NCBI GenBank assembly: GCA_000934665.2
Contig: JYFJ02004071.1
Coordinates: 1-35,003, forward strand
Length of the DNA: 35,003 nucleotides
Reading direction: 5' to 3'
From: Catajapyx aquilonaris
Lineage: Eukaryota
Each line of letters begins with the position of its first letter. Within the stretch, counting starts at the first letter, position 1. The notes under the pieces were generated by a model. That model worked only from the letters and a program-made list of their open reading frames with translations, was not told the DNA's origin and did not search any database. Shown in pieces: positions 18,687-30,306 of the stretch. The position numbers and the translations under genes were made by a program.

Positions 18687-21600
18687 GTGAGTAATTTTTA
18701 CGCGAATAATGTCTCATCAGACACCAGGGAAAGGGGGAACCAGTTAATATTAATGAGAGTTCGCCTCAATGTGCAGGTGATGTGTATGAGGGGAAAACCC
18801 AGCAATTGCATATTATGGAATCATGTCATTTACTGGTCTGTTATGCTCATTTCAAATTCCTATAAGTATATGCGGGATAGCGACGAACACCGTGGTAATT
18901 AATATTATTATAATAATAATCAGCTCCCTATACTATTACACTATAAACATGCACATTACATCCTGAACGCTGTGAGAAACATGAATAAATATTTATGAGA
19001 ATGTGCATTTAATGCCGCCCACATTCTCGGCCTTAATAACAATGCACGTTATGAAATTATTCATAGTAGTCAAATGCAGCCGAAAGTGCCGAAAGCGTTA
19101 GGGCATGTAATGTACCACCAATAGTGTTAAATTTCTGAGGAGTGCTTTTTAGGCATGTAAGTAGGAGAATTGTTGATGGAATCGGCTCTGTAGACTAAAA
19201 TAAATTATGTTCAATGAAATATTTATACCAAAATTATATCTGATTCGGACGATAAGTTCGCACTTTTTTCATCATTCTGACAAGTATCACATAAACAATA
19301 CCATACTACTGATTACAGTGAGAGAATAAAGAGACAACCTTAACAGTTCAATAATATAACTCCGTTGTTGCCTTGCCAGAATAAAATGATACTCCTATCT
19401 TATTATTTCAGCATTATGTTTTAAAATGTTAATGAGACGGCATTTACACCCCTTCACTTACAATTAAGGCCTGTTTCCACCGGCATAATTTTTGAGCGCA
19501 AAATGAAAAGCACAAAATCAAACAAACTTTATTATTACTAGTGTACTTTATTGCTTCATTATTACTTTATTAGTCACCTAACAACAAAGAATTGTATTTG
19601 CCTGATTTTGTCCAGAACAAAAATTATGCTGGTGGATACAGGCCTTTAGAGTATCTTCCAAAGCAAACAAAAATATTGTGTACATAAAATACCAATTTGT
19701 TGACGGCTACATTTAGGAAGACCAAAAATGCATAATATTCGATGACAGCTGCATAATTGTCGGTGGAAATGGAGTCAGTCAGTGTGTAATATGAGTAGGC
19801 GTATTGGCTGATGGTCCAGCCAGTTCACTCCTGGAGCAGACGAAGACCTCCAGAACAATTGTTTTCAAAGGGAGAGGGGGGGGGGGGGNNNNNNNNNGGG
19901 GGGACTTACTAACAATAAGGATAGTATTCTTATGAAGTCAAAGTGGGTCGCGGGGACATTCGTCCCTTCCTAAGAGAGTCGCGGTAAAATAAAAGTCTCT
20001 AGAAACTATAATGAATCTGTAAGTATATCAAACAATATTCTATATTTTATTAAACTGTGGCTTTGATCGTTCTACAAGTCAGTTTTTCGTCTACATTTTC
20101 CGAATCCGGCCCTTCATTTTCTTACTTAGGCCCCCATTGCACCGCCCCCCGGAAAATTACCCGGCTGGAATAAATTCAGATAAGTTTGTTATTACTGTTG
20201 GCAACCTCGTTAACAACAATGAATAACAAACTGTTTTTCCAGCCATAAAATTTTCCTGGGGGTGCGGGCGATGTAAGCGGACCTTAACGTTGTGATAGAT
20301 TAGTTCAAGTGGACATTTTCATGTTATTTCAACTGAGTGGGTATTTTCCAAGATTGAAGGGTAAAAAAAAACTTATCTAATAAGTGTAAGTCATATTGAG
20401 AGGGGACAAAGAGTGCCGAACAAAGAGAACATTACATGAATCAATAAATCACTAATTCCACCGACAAATTTCAGGTTGGTTCATGACATCAGCCCCGAAG
20501 AAGCAGACGAAAATGAATCCGGAGAATGTGCCAATGATCCCGGCATCGATACGTCGCGTCGGGAGGGGGCGAAGAAAAAATCATCTGCCCCTGAAGCGAT
20601 GGTTGCCGGCAGCAACAATAGCCCAAGGGCATCACCGCAACAACTGCGACGGACAATGAGTCTGGATGAAAGAAAATCGGCATCTTTTTCATCCTCATCC
20701 TCTTCGTCTTCCGGTCCTTCCTCTGGTAACGACGTGACCATTGTTGCTGACGTTGGTGGTAGCGGGGGTTTGGAGACAACTTCGATACCGGAAGGTGGAC
20801 CCAAACCTCCCTGGCAGCGCCCCCCGGGCGAACGGAGGAGGAGGAAGCTCCCGGAGATACCGAAGAATAGGAAACGTGAGTAGTTGACTGCATGATAGTA
20901 TAGAAGTGACAAAAACACTCATGGCTTGATTTAACTTGCAGCAAACACGCTGGCGGCAACTCAGGCGCAGCAGCCGTCATTGGCGGAGGAACTCAACGAG
21001 GCTGTGAACAGGGGTAGTTCTTCGGAGTCTTCCTCGGTCCACTTTGCAGTAGGCAATCCGGTCAGACCTATACTTGTCCTGCGTTCCCATGGATACCTCA
21101 GAGGTACCTTAGACATTGTTTTGTTCTGTTTTGGTAGTATCACTGAAGCTTGTGTCTTTCCAAGTCGGGGGGATATTCTTCTGTGAAAGAAAGAGGAGAA
21201 GGGGAGTTGTTGTTTGTGCTCTAGTTGTATCATATGATTGCTGCAAGAGACGCAGGACGGTTGTAGATTAAACGAACTTTGTTCTTTACTCAATGATATA
21301 TTGATATGACCATTCTTTAATATTAACTTTATATCTTACTGGATACATTTTCTTACTAATAACATCATTCCCTTTGTCTCCTGCCTGAACCCTGCTGTCC
21401 ATCCACACACCTTCTGATCTCGCTTCACGCGCTTCTTCTTTTATGCATCTTCTTCTGGTCCATCCATGCACTCCATTTTCCTCATGGTATCCGGAACCTG
21501 TAACCTTTCTTTCTTACATTATTGATCAAATGGCACTTCCCTCAGTTTCTGTGCCTTATTTTGCGTAAGCCCCACTCAATTATTGCTGTTGGTCTATTCA

Positions 21601-24600
21601 AAGACGGATTTGCGTATCTTCCACGCTGTTCTCTTCGCGTCACTGATAAATGGGGGGGGGGGGGGGGGNGTAGGCCTATACGCTGCGTATACCTTACACC
21701 CGGCAGGGCTCTCAGTAAGGCTCATTTCGTTTATCCTCTAAAATAAAAATTAGAAAGAAAGATTCAACCCGCAACTAGCACCGCTCATCATTAGAGCCGG
21801 ACACTAATTAATCGGCGAGACGGGGAAGGGGGGGGGGGTGGCGGAACTTGAGCTCTTTTCATAGGTTCCAATGCCCCCCAAAAAAACCAATTTTAGGTAT
21901 TGTAGTGTTCCTCATGAGGAACACCCGATGAGTAATAGGCACCGGACAGCTTTGATATAAATATATTCTCCAGCTCAGGTAAAACACGTCTGTTCTATCA
22001 GACAATCAGTTCACAACTCCTCCCAAACAACTCCCAACACTATATGTACACTGCTCCCATAGCAACGGTTTCCAATGCACAACTCGACCTGACAACAATA
22101 CACTAAAGTTCTGTTGCCAGGACCCGAACCACTACATTCTTCCCCCCTTAAAATGGAACGAGACTGTAGTCTCGTTCCTCAATTTCCCAAGTCCACAATG
22201 CAGATCTGCTTCGGCCTCAAGGAGACTCTGCCATCAACCAGACCATCGTCCCAGTTGCAGGATCTGAAGGCCCCCTGGCTTGCAGCATCCCTTCCATCAG
22301 CCCCTGACGATGACGGTCCTCTTCGGCCCCCATCTCCATTTGACCCGCTGCTGTTGTTTGGGATCCCCCACCTCTCGACTCTGCTTCCATGGCCAGCAGG
22401 TGGTCCCTCGGTCACCCATCAGGCTGCCCATCACTGGCTTTGGGATCTGCAGGCCCCATGGCTCTCTGCAGCATCCACAGGAGTTGGCACCTCGCCGTGC
22501 CCCTCCCTCCAGCCTCATGATGTCCTCCTGCCTGGTCTCTTCCGCCCTCACCTGCCTCTGGCCCAATCAGCACGTCTCTCCATGGGATGATCCCTGCAGC
22601 ACCATTGAGTTCAGCTGCAGATTCACTCACTCTGCATCCAGCTTGGTTGACATAAGCCTCCAGCTTTCTTCAACACTTGGCTCCTCACTTGGTCATTATC
22701 CGACACCTCACTCTCTCACGCCCTCCGGATGACCCGCGAGGGCACGAACATCCCACTTTCTGACACCAATGTAGTGTTCCTCATGAGGAACACCCGATGA
22801 GTAATAGGCACCGGACAGCTTTGATATAAATATATTCTCCAGCTCAGGTAAAACACGTCTGTTCTATCAGACAATCAGTTCACAACTCATCCCAAACAAC
22901 TCCCAACACTATATGTACACTGCTCCCATACCAACGGTTTCCAATGCACAACTCGACCTGACAACAATACACTAAAGTTCTGTTGCCAGGACCCGAACCA
23001 CTACAGTATTGCGTGTATACTTATATCAAGTGTAAAATTATTGTAGGTAATCATGATTTTGTTGACGGAGGGGGGGGGGGGGGAANACACCTCGCGCGAG
23101 CGTTTGGTTAGCCTCCAGTAATGTTGCACTTCTAGCATACACCCTTAATTTTCGCCTGCCTTTCTTCGCCCATTGTTGCATTGTTAATTGCCTGTCATTC
23201 CGATTACTTTCAAACAAATGTTCATTTACCATATTTGTTTTCGCCTACCCTTACGTTACAATGCATCACTACACTAATTTTTATCAGATGCCCTAATGTG
23301 CCCCCCTCTTTCCTCTTTCTCTTTTCAATTTCTCACTTATACACCGTCCTAAAATCGGCAGCCATGTGGGAAAATTTGGAAATTTCAATCTACAGCTATA
23401 CTAGCAAAGTAGAAGTATAGTCTTACATGAGTACAACGTCACAAATGGAAGAGAGTCCCAATACGTGTAAGAAATACACCTAACAATGTAATTGTATTTT
23501 TTGTGGAAGTATCCCAATCCTATAGGAAGATATTACATTGCATTTCCTTTAATTGTTATTTATTCACTTCGGTCTGGGCAGATGTGTTTGGTTTCACTTG
23601 CATATTTAGGCCAGATCTAAAGCTTTGGAGTAGCCGAGTTTTGATTTCTTTTTTTACATACCGGTATCATACACACTTATGTTTTCGTCGCAACGCCCTG
23701 GTCCACGGGCGTATGGGGAAGGGGAGGTTCCCAAGGGAGGGCGCTCTTAAATAGTGTAGTTTCTAGTCATTGCAGACCCTCATAGTACCAGACCTTTCTC
23801 CTGGCCCTGGGCAGAGTAGGGAGTGCGAGTCTGCCCGGACATGTCGCGTGATAAGCGGAAAAAGACCCGACCAAGCAGAGGTGACGGGGAAGGGATTTGA
23901 ACCCCGCACCTCCCGCTTGGCTGGCCAGTAGCATAGCCACTAGACCGCCATGCCCCCCGGAATGTCTTATACAAACCTATTTGGTTGCAATTCGCTTAAG
24001 AGGAAATAGATATACCTGTCGAGGAGAATAATTGCTTATGTTATACGCTCTCTATTTAGGTTTAATTATGTTAGTTTCTGAATGGTTTCCTGATGGTATA
24101 ATAATACCTGATGGTGCGCACTTCCTGTCTGATGTAGATTCCTTGTCATATCCTAAGATGAAATTATATTGCAGTTGCTGATTTTGTCGATTAGAATCCA
24201 TTACGGGGAAAACGGTGTTAATGAAACACACGTCCAGTTATATTGGGGCCAATCCTGTGCATCAGGAAACCCATGTATACTAGGGACAAGATAACTCATG
24301 CGTTTTGGGCGTGGCTTGTGTCCTTGACAACCATAATTAGCCCCGCCCCCTGATGAGTTTTTTGTATGGCATTTAGAACGATTAGTGGGGAAATATTTCC
24401 CCCCTGCTTGGTTACCAATTGCGTTAGTGTAAACAAACTCATCTCATTCTTGAGGTTTTAGAACATAACGCCCATCTCCTTTGAAGTCGAATCCTGATTG
24501 GTCGACCGGTATAGGGGGTGGGGCTAATTATGGTTGCCAAGGACACAAGCCACCTTCCAGAACGCATAAGTTATCTTGTCCCTACTATAGCAATGGAGGT

Positions 24601-27600
24601 TTAGTGTTGCCGTAAGCTGCAGGATGATAATTATACATATACAGTATGTAACTTTAATATGCCATTATTTCCGTAATACAGGGTTGGGCAAAATGTATGG
24701 TCGGATTTGAGTCACGTGGCACGGTGGTGCTGTTTGAGCATGCATGGGATGTGGGCGTATGCTGGAGTGGGGAAGGTTTGCCATTTGCGAAAATTGTGTC
24801 GTGGTCGCCAGAGCACCGTGCATTCTTCGTGGAGACTTATTTTAAAAATAACGAGTCCCCCATATAGCTCTACAAAGGATCTTTCTTTGCCATTTTGGGC
24901 TGGGATATCAGGACAAAGTCCTCGATCACTGGGCAATATCATAAGATGGGTGAAGCAATTCCGGGACACAGCATCGTGTCTGGACGAGAATATCACTGGT
25001 CCAAGAACACAACGGACCCCCCTAGCTGCCTAGGGGTATTCAATGCGCTATACTCCGAAGTCCTGGGCTATTGTCCGTTCCAAGCGTCCAAAAAGGTTCT
25101 TCGGACCACTTTGTCGCTTGCTTTCAATATTGTTGCACACTTTCATCTTGTAAGCATGAAAGTGCAGGACGTCATGGATGATGCGGCACAGCTAGGAGTG
25201 AGCCGAAATTCATAGTGCCAGGGTATGTATAACGGCTGATCGCCAAAAACTTCGGAGTAGCGCATTGCGTACTGTACCTCTTGGGGGAGGATTGCCTATA
25301 TCCTTGGCTGTCCAATGCTTCTCTGGTCCCGGATGCTGTGTCCCGAAATTGCTTCACCTGCCTTATGATTGTCCGGTGGTCGGGGACTTTGACCTGACGT
25401 CCCAGCACAAAATGTCGAAGAAATATCCTTGCACAGCTATGGTGGAGTCATTTGTCATTTATTTTAAAAATAGATCTCCACGAAGAATGCACGGTGCTCT
25501 TAGCACCACAACACCATTTTTTCAAATGGCAAACCTTCCCCGATCCAGCGCACACCCATATCCCCTGCATGCTCAAACAGCACCACCGTAGGGTACCACG
25601 TGATTTAAATCCGACCATACATTTTTCCCAACCCTGTACATTCGAAATCACCAAAATCAACTATGGTAATTTTGTCTTAGAATATGACAGGGAATCTAGG
25701 TCCGAGAGGAAGTGCCTTCTTTCCCGCCACTCGGTACCCCCGCGAGCATAAAGATGGAGACTGCAGGCCCTTTTTTGACCTTTCTTTATCCGACTCCATG
25801 GTGGAAGGAAAAACGGTGGAGAAACTACCCTATCCCGCAACCGTCCGACTCAAATGAATGAACTCTTTTGGGACCGAGTTTGCTGCTTCAGGCGTGTGTT
25901 CGTGTATTTATGACAGTATATTTGATACCGTAATAGCTTCAATTGGCATTGCAGCCTGCCGAAGGTGAGGGCCTGCCGTCTCCATGTTTATGCTCGCGGG
26001 TGTACATTGTCAACATTCCTAACCTGACATCAACCCTATTCCCGTCCCCGTCATGCAATCTGCAGTGTCGTAAAACGCTAGGAAAAATTTGGGCACACAA
26101 AATACCCACAATTCATATATGCAAAACTGTATAGGCTACTGGTTTACAAGACTCTTCTTTTAATTTCAGACGAGGACAGTTCTCCGGACTCGGAACGTTT
26201 CCAAAGCACAGATATAGACTCCGGGAATTCAACTGCACATTCCCCTGACCTAGCTGGAAAATCCTCGTCTTTTTCCGGATGTTGGTCACCTCAGCATGCC
26301 ACTCTGGCCTCCTCCCCCTCCCCGACCACTGCTTCCCCTCTCCCTTCTCCATCCTCTACCGTGACCACTCCCTGCATCGTGCCCCCGACCCACCTGGAGC
26401 TGCTGGAAGCCACGCACCGTGGTCTGCATCGCTTTATACCCCGCCACGCTGACGAGATTGAGGTCGAGATTGGTGACCCCATCTACGTGCAGCGGGAAGC
26501 TGATGACCTCTGGTGTGAAGGGGTTAATCTCCGGACTGCCAGGGCGGGTATCTTTCCTTCTGCGTACTCGGTGGATGTCGAGTATTCCGAGTTTGACCCG
26601 GCCGCCACTCAGGTTAAGAAGGAACGCTACTTGCTGGGGTACCTCGGCTCGGTCGAGTCACTGTGTCACAAGGGCAGTCAGGTCCTCTGCCAAGCGGTCA
26701 GGAAGATCGTGGGTCAGAACAAGGGGGGATTCATGCAACCTACGCATCCGCACCTCTGCATTCTCGAGATTTCGGACCAAGGGATACGGATGGTGGACAA
26801 GAGCAAGCCTCCCGTGAGTCCATATTTTGATCAGTGTGACCTGTGACCATTTTCAGTATTCTCGTAGTGATAAGGAAACCATTCGCGTTTCTTTTTCCAT
26901 AACTAGCAGTTTACCAGGTTGTGAGAGTATCTAATAATATATTACACTGACATGCAACAGGAACTGACATTGTGTTATAAAATTTTTCTCGGGTCTCAGG
27001 ATGATAAAATATTATATACTGAATCCACTTTGGTTTCGCGTAAGTTGTCTCTCCTTTCTTTCAGAGAGTTCAACGACTCTACTTCAAGTGTAATCTAGAA
27101 ATAACACGATTACTGCGCACTCACGATTATCCGTACTAATTAATGCGCGGGGTTCCCGGATAATCGGAAACCACGGATAATCCGAAAATGCTCCTAGATA
27201 TCGTAAAAATGAGATATCAGAGGTCTTAGATGAACTACTGTACATAGTGTATGCTGCTTAAAATAATATTTAATATAGATATCATACCATGGATTTGTAG
27301 TTTCTCTTCTGGATAAAGTCTGTTATATTTCGTTGTTAGCGAGATGTATTGACATTCTTTCGGACTTTTATTTCTAACTTTTTTTTTGCGGTGCACGGCT
27401 AATCCCCTCCCGGATAATCGGGAGTCCAGTGTATATGATTACTTGCGGTTACTTATAATCATTTTCTTCGTATAACTTAGAATGTACTCGTGATTGCTCG
27501 TCATTGCATGGAAAAGTGTGCAGCTTGATTACTTGAAAGGATAACATATCTTTATCATCCTTTTCTTTGATTTCCCATGTTTCTTCTTTGTCCAATCAAT

Positions 27601-28005
27601 TCTTTTTAATTCCCACGTTTTCCCTTGCCTCTCTCCCCAATTTCACCCTAGATGGCTTTAGTAATTTCAGTTTAATCACGTGTTACTTGCCGGCCGATTT
27701 AGCGTATTGCAGTGTACACCAGGGCACATTAATAACTATACTGTTCTTTTCAGCCGAACCACGTCCCATGCCACGACTATTTCTACTCTTTGAAGAACGT
27801 GTCATTTTGTGGGTTCCACCCCCGCGACCACCGATACTTTGGGTTTGTGACCAAGCACCCTCAGCTGCAACGCTTCGCCTGCCACGTCTTCGTCGGGGAC
27901 GACTCTACCAGGCCCGTCGCAGAGGCCGTCGGAAGAGCATTCCAGAGATTCTACCAAAAGTTCATTGAAACTGCCTATCCGATAGAGGACATCTACATCG
28001 AGTGA
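18604..28005 (+). CDS. Aplip1: JNK-interacting protein 1 (Aplip1/JIP1), complete 5-exon gene, 513 aa
   Basis: join(18604-18686,20475-20875,20942-21103,26170-26813,27754-28005) = 1542 nt, GT-AG and phase-consistent. MADTEFEEF start, [10 protein letters not shown] motif, SH3 ([26 protein letters not shown]...GIFPSAY), PTB domain, C-terminal YPIEDIYIE kinesin-light-chain-binding motif. Confidence 0.96.
19467..19645. mobile_element. PIF/Harbinger (Tourist-like) MITE
   Basis: TTA TSD (19464-19466, 19646-19648); TIR AGGCCTGTTTCCACCGGCATAATTTTT / AAAAATTATGCTGGTGGATACAGGCCT. Confidence 0.85.
20129..20283. mobile_element. Degenerate Tourist-like MITE
   Basis: TTA flanks (20126-20128, 20284-20286); imperfect GGCCC...GGAAAATT / AATTTTCC...GGACC arms. 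Confidence 0.55.
20475..20875 (+). CDS. Aplip1: JIP1 exon 2
   Basis: LVHDISPEE...[15 protein letters not shown]; tttcag acceptor, gtgagt donor. Confidence 0.92.
20942..21103 (+). CDS. Aplip1: JIP1 exon 3
   Basis: [21 protein letters not shown]...[13 protein letters not shown]; ttgcag acceptor, gtacct donor; phases match exons 2 and 4. Confidence 0.8.
21901..23005 (-). mobile_element. Miniature non-autonomous LTR retrotransposon (TRIM-like)
   Basis: 236-bp direct repeats 21901-22136 and 22770-23005 (2 differences), TGTAGTG...CACTACA ends, GTAT TSD, minus-strand PBS TGGTGTCAGAAAGTGGGAT (22750-22768), PPT AAGGGGGGAAGAA (22137-22149). Confidence 0.95.
23680..23960 (-). mobile_element. tRNA-derived SINE (family C)
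   Basis: Minus-strand A box TGGCGGTCTAGTGG (23937-23950) and B box GGTTCAAATCC (23893-23903), followed by a non-tRNA body; 3' boundary approximate. Confidence 0.7.
24281..24584. mobile_element. MITE with TIRs of about 70 bp (TAGGGAC...GTCCCTA), superfamily unclear
   Basis: TAGGGACAAGATAACTCATGCGTT...ATAATTAGCCCC pairs with GGGGCTAATTAT...AACGCATAAGTTATCTTGTCCCTA; no clear TSD. Confidence 0.8.
24679..25636. mobile_element. Tc1/mariner-derived foldback built from two transposase 5' ends
   Basis: TA|CAGGGTTGGG...CCCAACCCTG|TA; diverged arms of about 390 bp, each encoding a decayed N-terminal HTH ([13 protein letters not shown]...[13 protein letters not shown]) pointing inward. Confidence 0.85.
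26170..26813 (+). CDS. Aplip1: JIP1 exon 4 (SH3 and first part of PTB)
   Basis: [26 protein letters not shown]...[12 protein letters not shown]...YLGSVES...[15 protein letters not shown]; tttcag acceptor, gtgagt donor. Confidence 0.95.
27113..27431. mobile_element. pogo/Tigger-like MITE
   Basis: TA flanks; CACTCACGATTATCCG / CGGATAATCGGGAGTC ends; internal CGGATAATC repeats. Confidence 0.65.
27754..28005 (+). CDS. Aplip1: JIP1 exon 5 (PTB C-terminus, stop)
   Basis: [36 protein letters not shown]...FACHVF...[11 protein letters not shown]; ttttcag acceptor. Confidence 0.96.
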   Translation, partial: PNHVPCHDYFYSLKNVSFCGFHPRDHRYFGFVTKHPQLQRFACHVFVGDDSTRPVAEAVGRAFQRFYQKFIETAYPIEDIYIE

Positions 28006-28070
28006 CTTATTTCAACACGCAGCTACTGTTGCCTCATTACTCTCTGCTTCTTTTTCCCTTTCCTCCAGAC

Positions 28071-28103
28071 TGATGATGATGTGATGACGACGATGATGAT
28101 GAT
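28071..28103. repeat. (GAT/GAC)n microsatellite in the JIP1 3' UTR
   Basis: TGATGATGATGTGATGACGACGATGATGATGAT. Confidence 0.8.
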
Positions 28104-28267
28104 ATACCCACTTGTAACATCGGAGTTAAAGGGACAATCATGAGATTACACGTCCCTTTAAAAAAAACATGTATTAACAAAGACAGGGTTTGTATAGATA
28201 TATAGTCGCAGCAGCAAATTGCCTTGTGCTTTAAGATGACTATGAACAGTACCAAGATACCTTCCCA

Positions 28268-28283
28268 AATAAAAGCAAATAAA
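28268..28283 (+). promoter_or_regulatory. Tandem polyadenylation signals for JIP1
   Basis: AATAAA at 28268-28273 and 28278-28283, followed by GT-rich sequence. Confidence 0.65.
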
Positions 28284-28345
28284 ATGATGTATCAATGTTG
28301 TGGTTCCATACGATGGTTTCTTTAATGTGTTCAAGGAGTTACGTA

Positions 28346-28558
28346 CAGTCGGCTAAAGGAGTATGTTACCAGACCCCTAACCTAGAAATTAGCCTCCAAC
28401 AGAGGTGCTGCCTAGGGGAGTGAGATTTATTGTATCAGGGGGAAGCAGCACCTCTGTTCTTCCCCCTGATACAATAAATCTCACTCCCCTAGGCAGCACC
28501 TCTGTTGGAGGCTAATTTCTAGGTTAGGGGTCTGGTAACATACTCCTTTAACCGACTG
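28346..28558. mobile_element. Near-perfect hairpin MITE (TA TSD, CAGTCGG termini)
   Basis: 100-bp arms 28346-28445 and 28459-28558 with 2 substitutions, 13-nt loop, TA flanks. Confidence 0.9.
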
Positions 28559-28878
28559 TACAAGGCCTTTGGGCAAAATTCCAATATTTTGTACGATGTT
28601 TACCCTATATAGGACTCTTTGCATATGCGATCCAGAAACGAGCGTTTCAGGTGAGTTTCAGTGGCTCTCTGACAGTGGTATTTTCGATATTTTCCTAGCG
28701 TCAAAATTAGCAAGGACACACTTATACGTGGTCATACGGCGCGGCTTATATCAGGACATGGTCCTTTTTTGACTTACCTCGTACGTTTTGGGATACGTAG
28801 GGAGCGTATTGTCCGTGAGGTGGAGGAATGCAAAATCCTGACCATAATTTATTATGCTATGGCATTGTCGTTTATACC

Positions 28879-29207
28879 GGGGAGGTGTTGATGGCCGAGA
28901 TGGTAACGTTTCGGCTTGCTGAGTGAACGGCCCCAGGTTCGATCCCCGCCTGGGGAACTTTCCTTTCACCTGCGTCAGGAGGGTCTCTGACCTGCACCAA
29001 AGAGGTGTCTGGCAACCTAACCTCCTGGAGAACAGCACATGACCCATAGCTACGACATTGCACCTTGCACCCATGTTCCCTCCCCAAAAAATCCATTTGT
29101 CCCTGTTTCCTTGCACCGGAGAATGAAGTGAAAATATATACAGAAACCTGATGGCGGTATGCCACCCCCCTATAGCACCGGTAAGGGTCATCACGGGGTA
29201 AAAAAAA
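28879..29207 (+). mobile_element. tRNA-derived SINE (family B), copy 2
   Basis: A box TGGCCGAGATGG, intact B box GGTTCGATCC (28936-28945), A-rich tail; homologous to 10771-11136. Confidence 0.85.
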
Positions 29208-29984
29208 GGTCGTTTACCGGGCCTAGGGGAGGCCCGTTCTGTATTGTTAGCCAGTTGGCACAACTGAGAGAGGTCAACTACTGGCATTGTCAGTAAATAA
29301 TATTATCGTAGAGTCAGGACGTGCCTGACTCAAGGGGGCCTGTCCAAGGGCCGCCCAAAGGCTCCTAGGGCTCTAACAGTACATGGTGGCAGCGGGGTGA
29401 GACGACGAGTCTACCCCTACCGTTGTTGGAGAGTCGAAGTCTTGCACATACTTGGACATTAGGGTGGAGCGAGAAAAAAAAAAAACGAAAGTTGTCCGAT
29501 TAAATCGCACGGGGTGTCAAAAGTTGTCTATGGACAAGTATAACACGGGTGAAATTTTTTAGAATTTTCGTGATTCATCTTCATTTGTCGCACGAGCCTT
29601 CAAGTTTTGCAATTTTTGCGAGAACAACACATATTACATTATGCAACACGATTTTTGTCCATGAAATTCATAGCTATTTCCATGTTCCTTCTAAGGTCAC
29701 TGGTAACTCATAATTGACAATTCATTTTGTCTGGGATTTGCTTTTGACCTTGGGGCATAGCAGTTGTAGTCAAAAAACCAAATTCCTCGAAATAGTGCAT
29801 ACGGGCTCTTGATACGGGTCATTCCGAATCAAGTGGGCCAAAATGTTGCTAGACCATCTCGGAATTTGCTGAAAAATATCACCGCTGTACATGACTATGA
29901 CATAACACGTCATGTCAAGTTTCAGCCAAATTACGCAATAGGCTACCGTTGGGAGGGAAGAAATAGCGAAATAGGAAAATAGTG

Positions 29985-30306
29985 AAAATCAGGCCCTTTC
30001 GGATAATTTTTTCGGTTCGTGGAAGTGGTCAAACCCAATAAGCAATACATCAAATGAAAGAGCTGATCGCGAGGGGAATGCGTCTATGGAATTAGTTTTC
30101 CTTTAAACTCTAAAGTGTAACCAGAAAAATGTGCATGGCATTCCATTGGTCACATGTCCAAGAAATTTGAAATTTTCTGGTTACGTTTGAGAGGAGAACT
30201 AATTCGATAGACGCATTCCCCTCGTGATCGTCTTCCATTTAATGTATTGCTTATTTGTGTTTAACCACTTCCACTAACCGAAAAATTATCCAAAAGGGCC
30301 TGATTT
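29985..30306. repeat. Imperfect palindrome of about 320 bp
   Basis: AAATCAGGCCCTTT...GAGGGGAATGCGTCTAT...GTAACCAGAAAA pairs with TTTTCTGGTTAC...ATAGACGCATTCCCCTC...AAAGGGCCTGATTT. Confidence 0.9.

Noticed and set aside
19875..19903. Poly-G tracts as G-quadruplex elements (also about 16443, 21652, 21828, 23071)
   Set aside because: Most abut N bases, so their lengths are unreliable assembly features.
20481..20980. Long antisense ORFs over JIP1 exon 2 (and 26113-26482 over exon 4)
   Set aside because: Shadows of GC-rich, low-complexity coding sequence with no recognisable motifs.
22114..22732. Plus-strand ORFs of 150-158 aa inside the TRIM as cargo genes
   Set aside because: Antisense to the element, non-ATG starts, no recognisable domain.
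745..29836. Composite transposon carrying Arp6-Trh-JIP1 between two inverted repeats
   Set aside because: The element bodies lie outside the interval with termini facing inward, the copies are diverged and there is no direct TSD.
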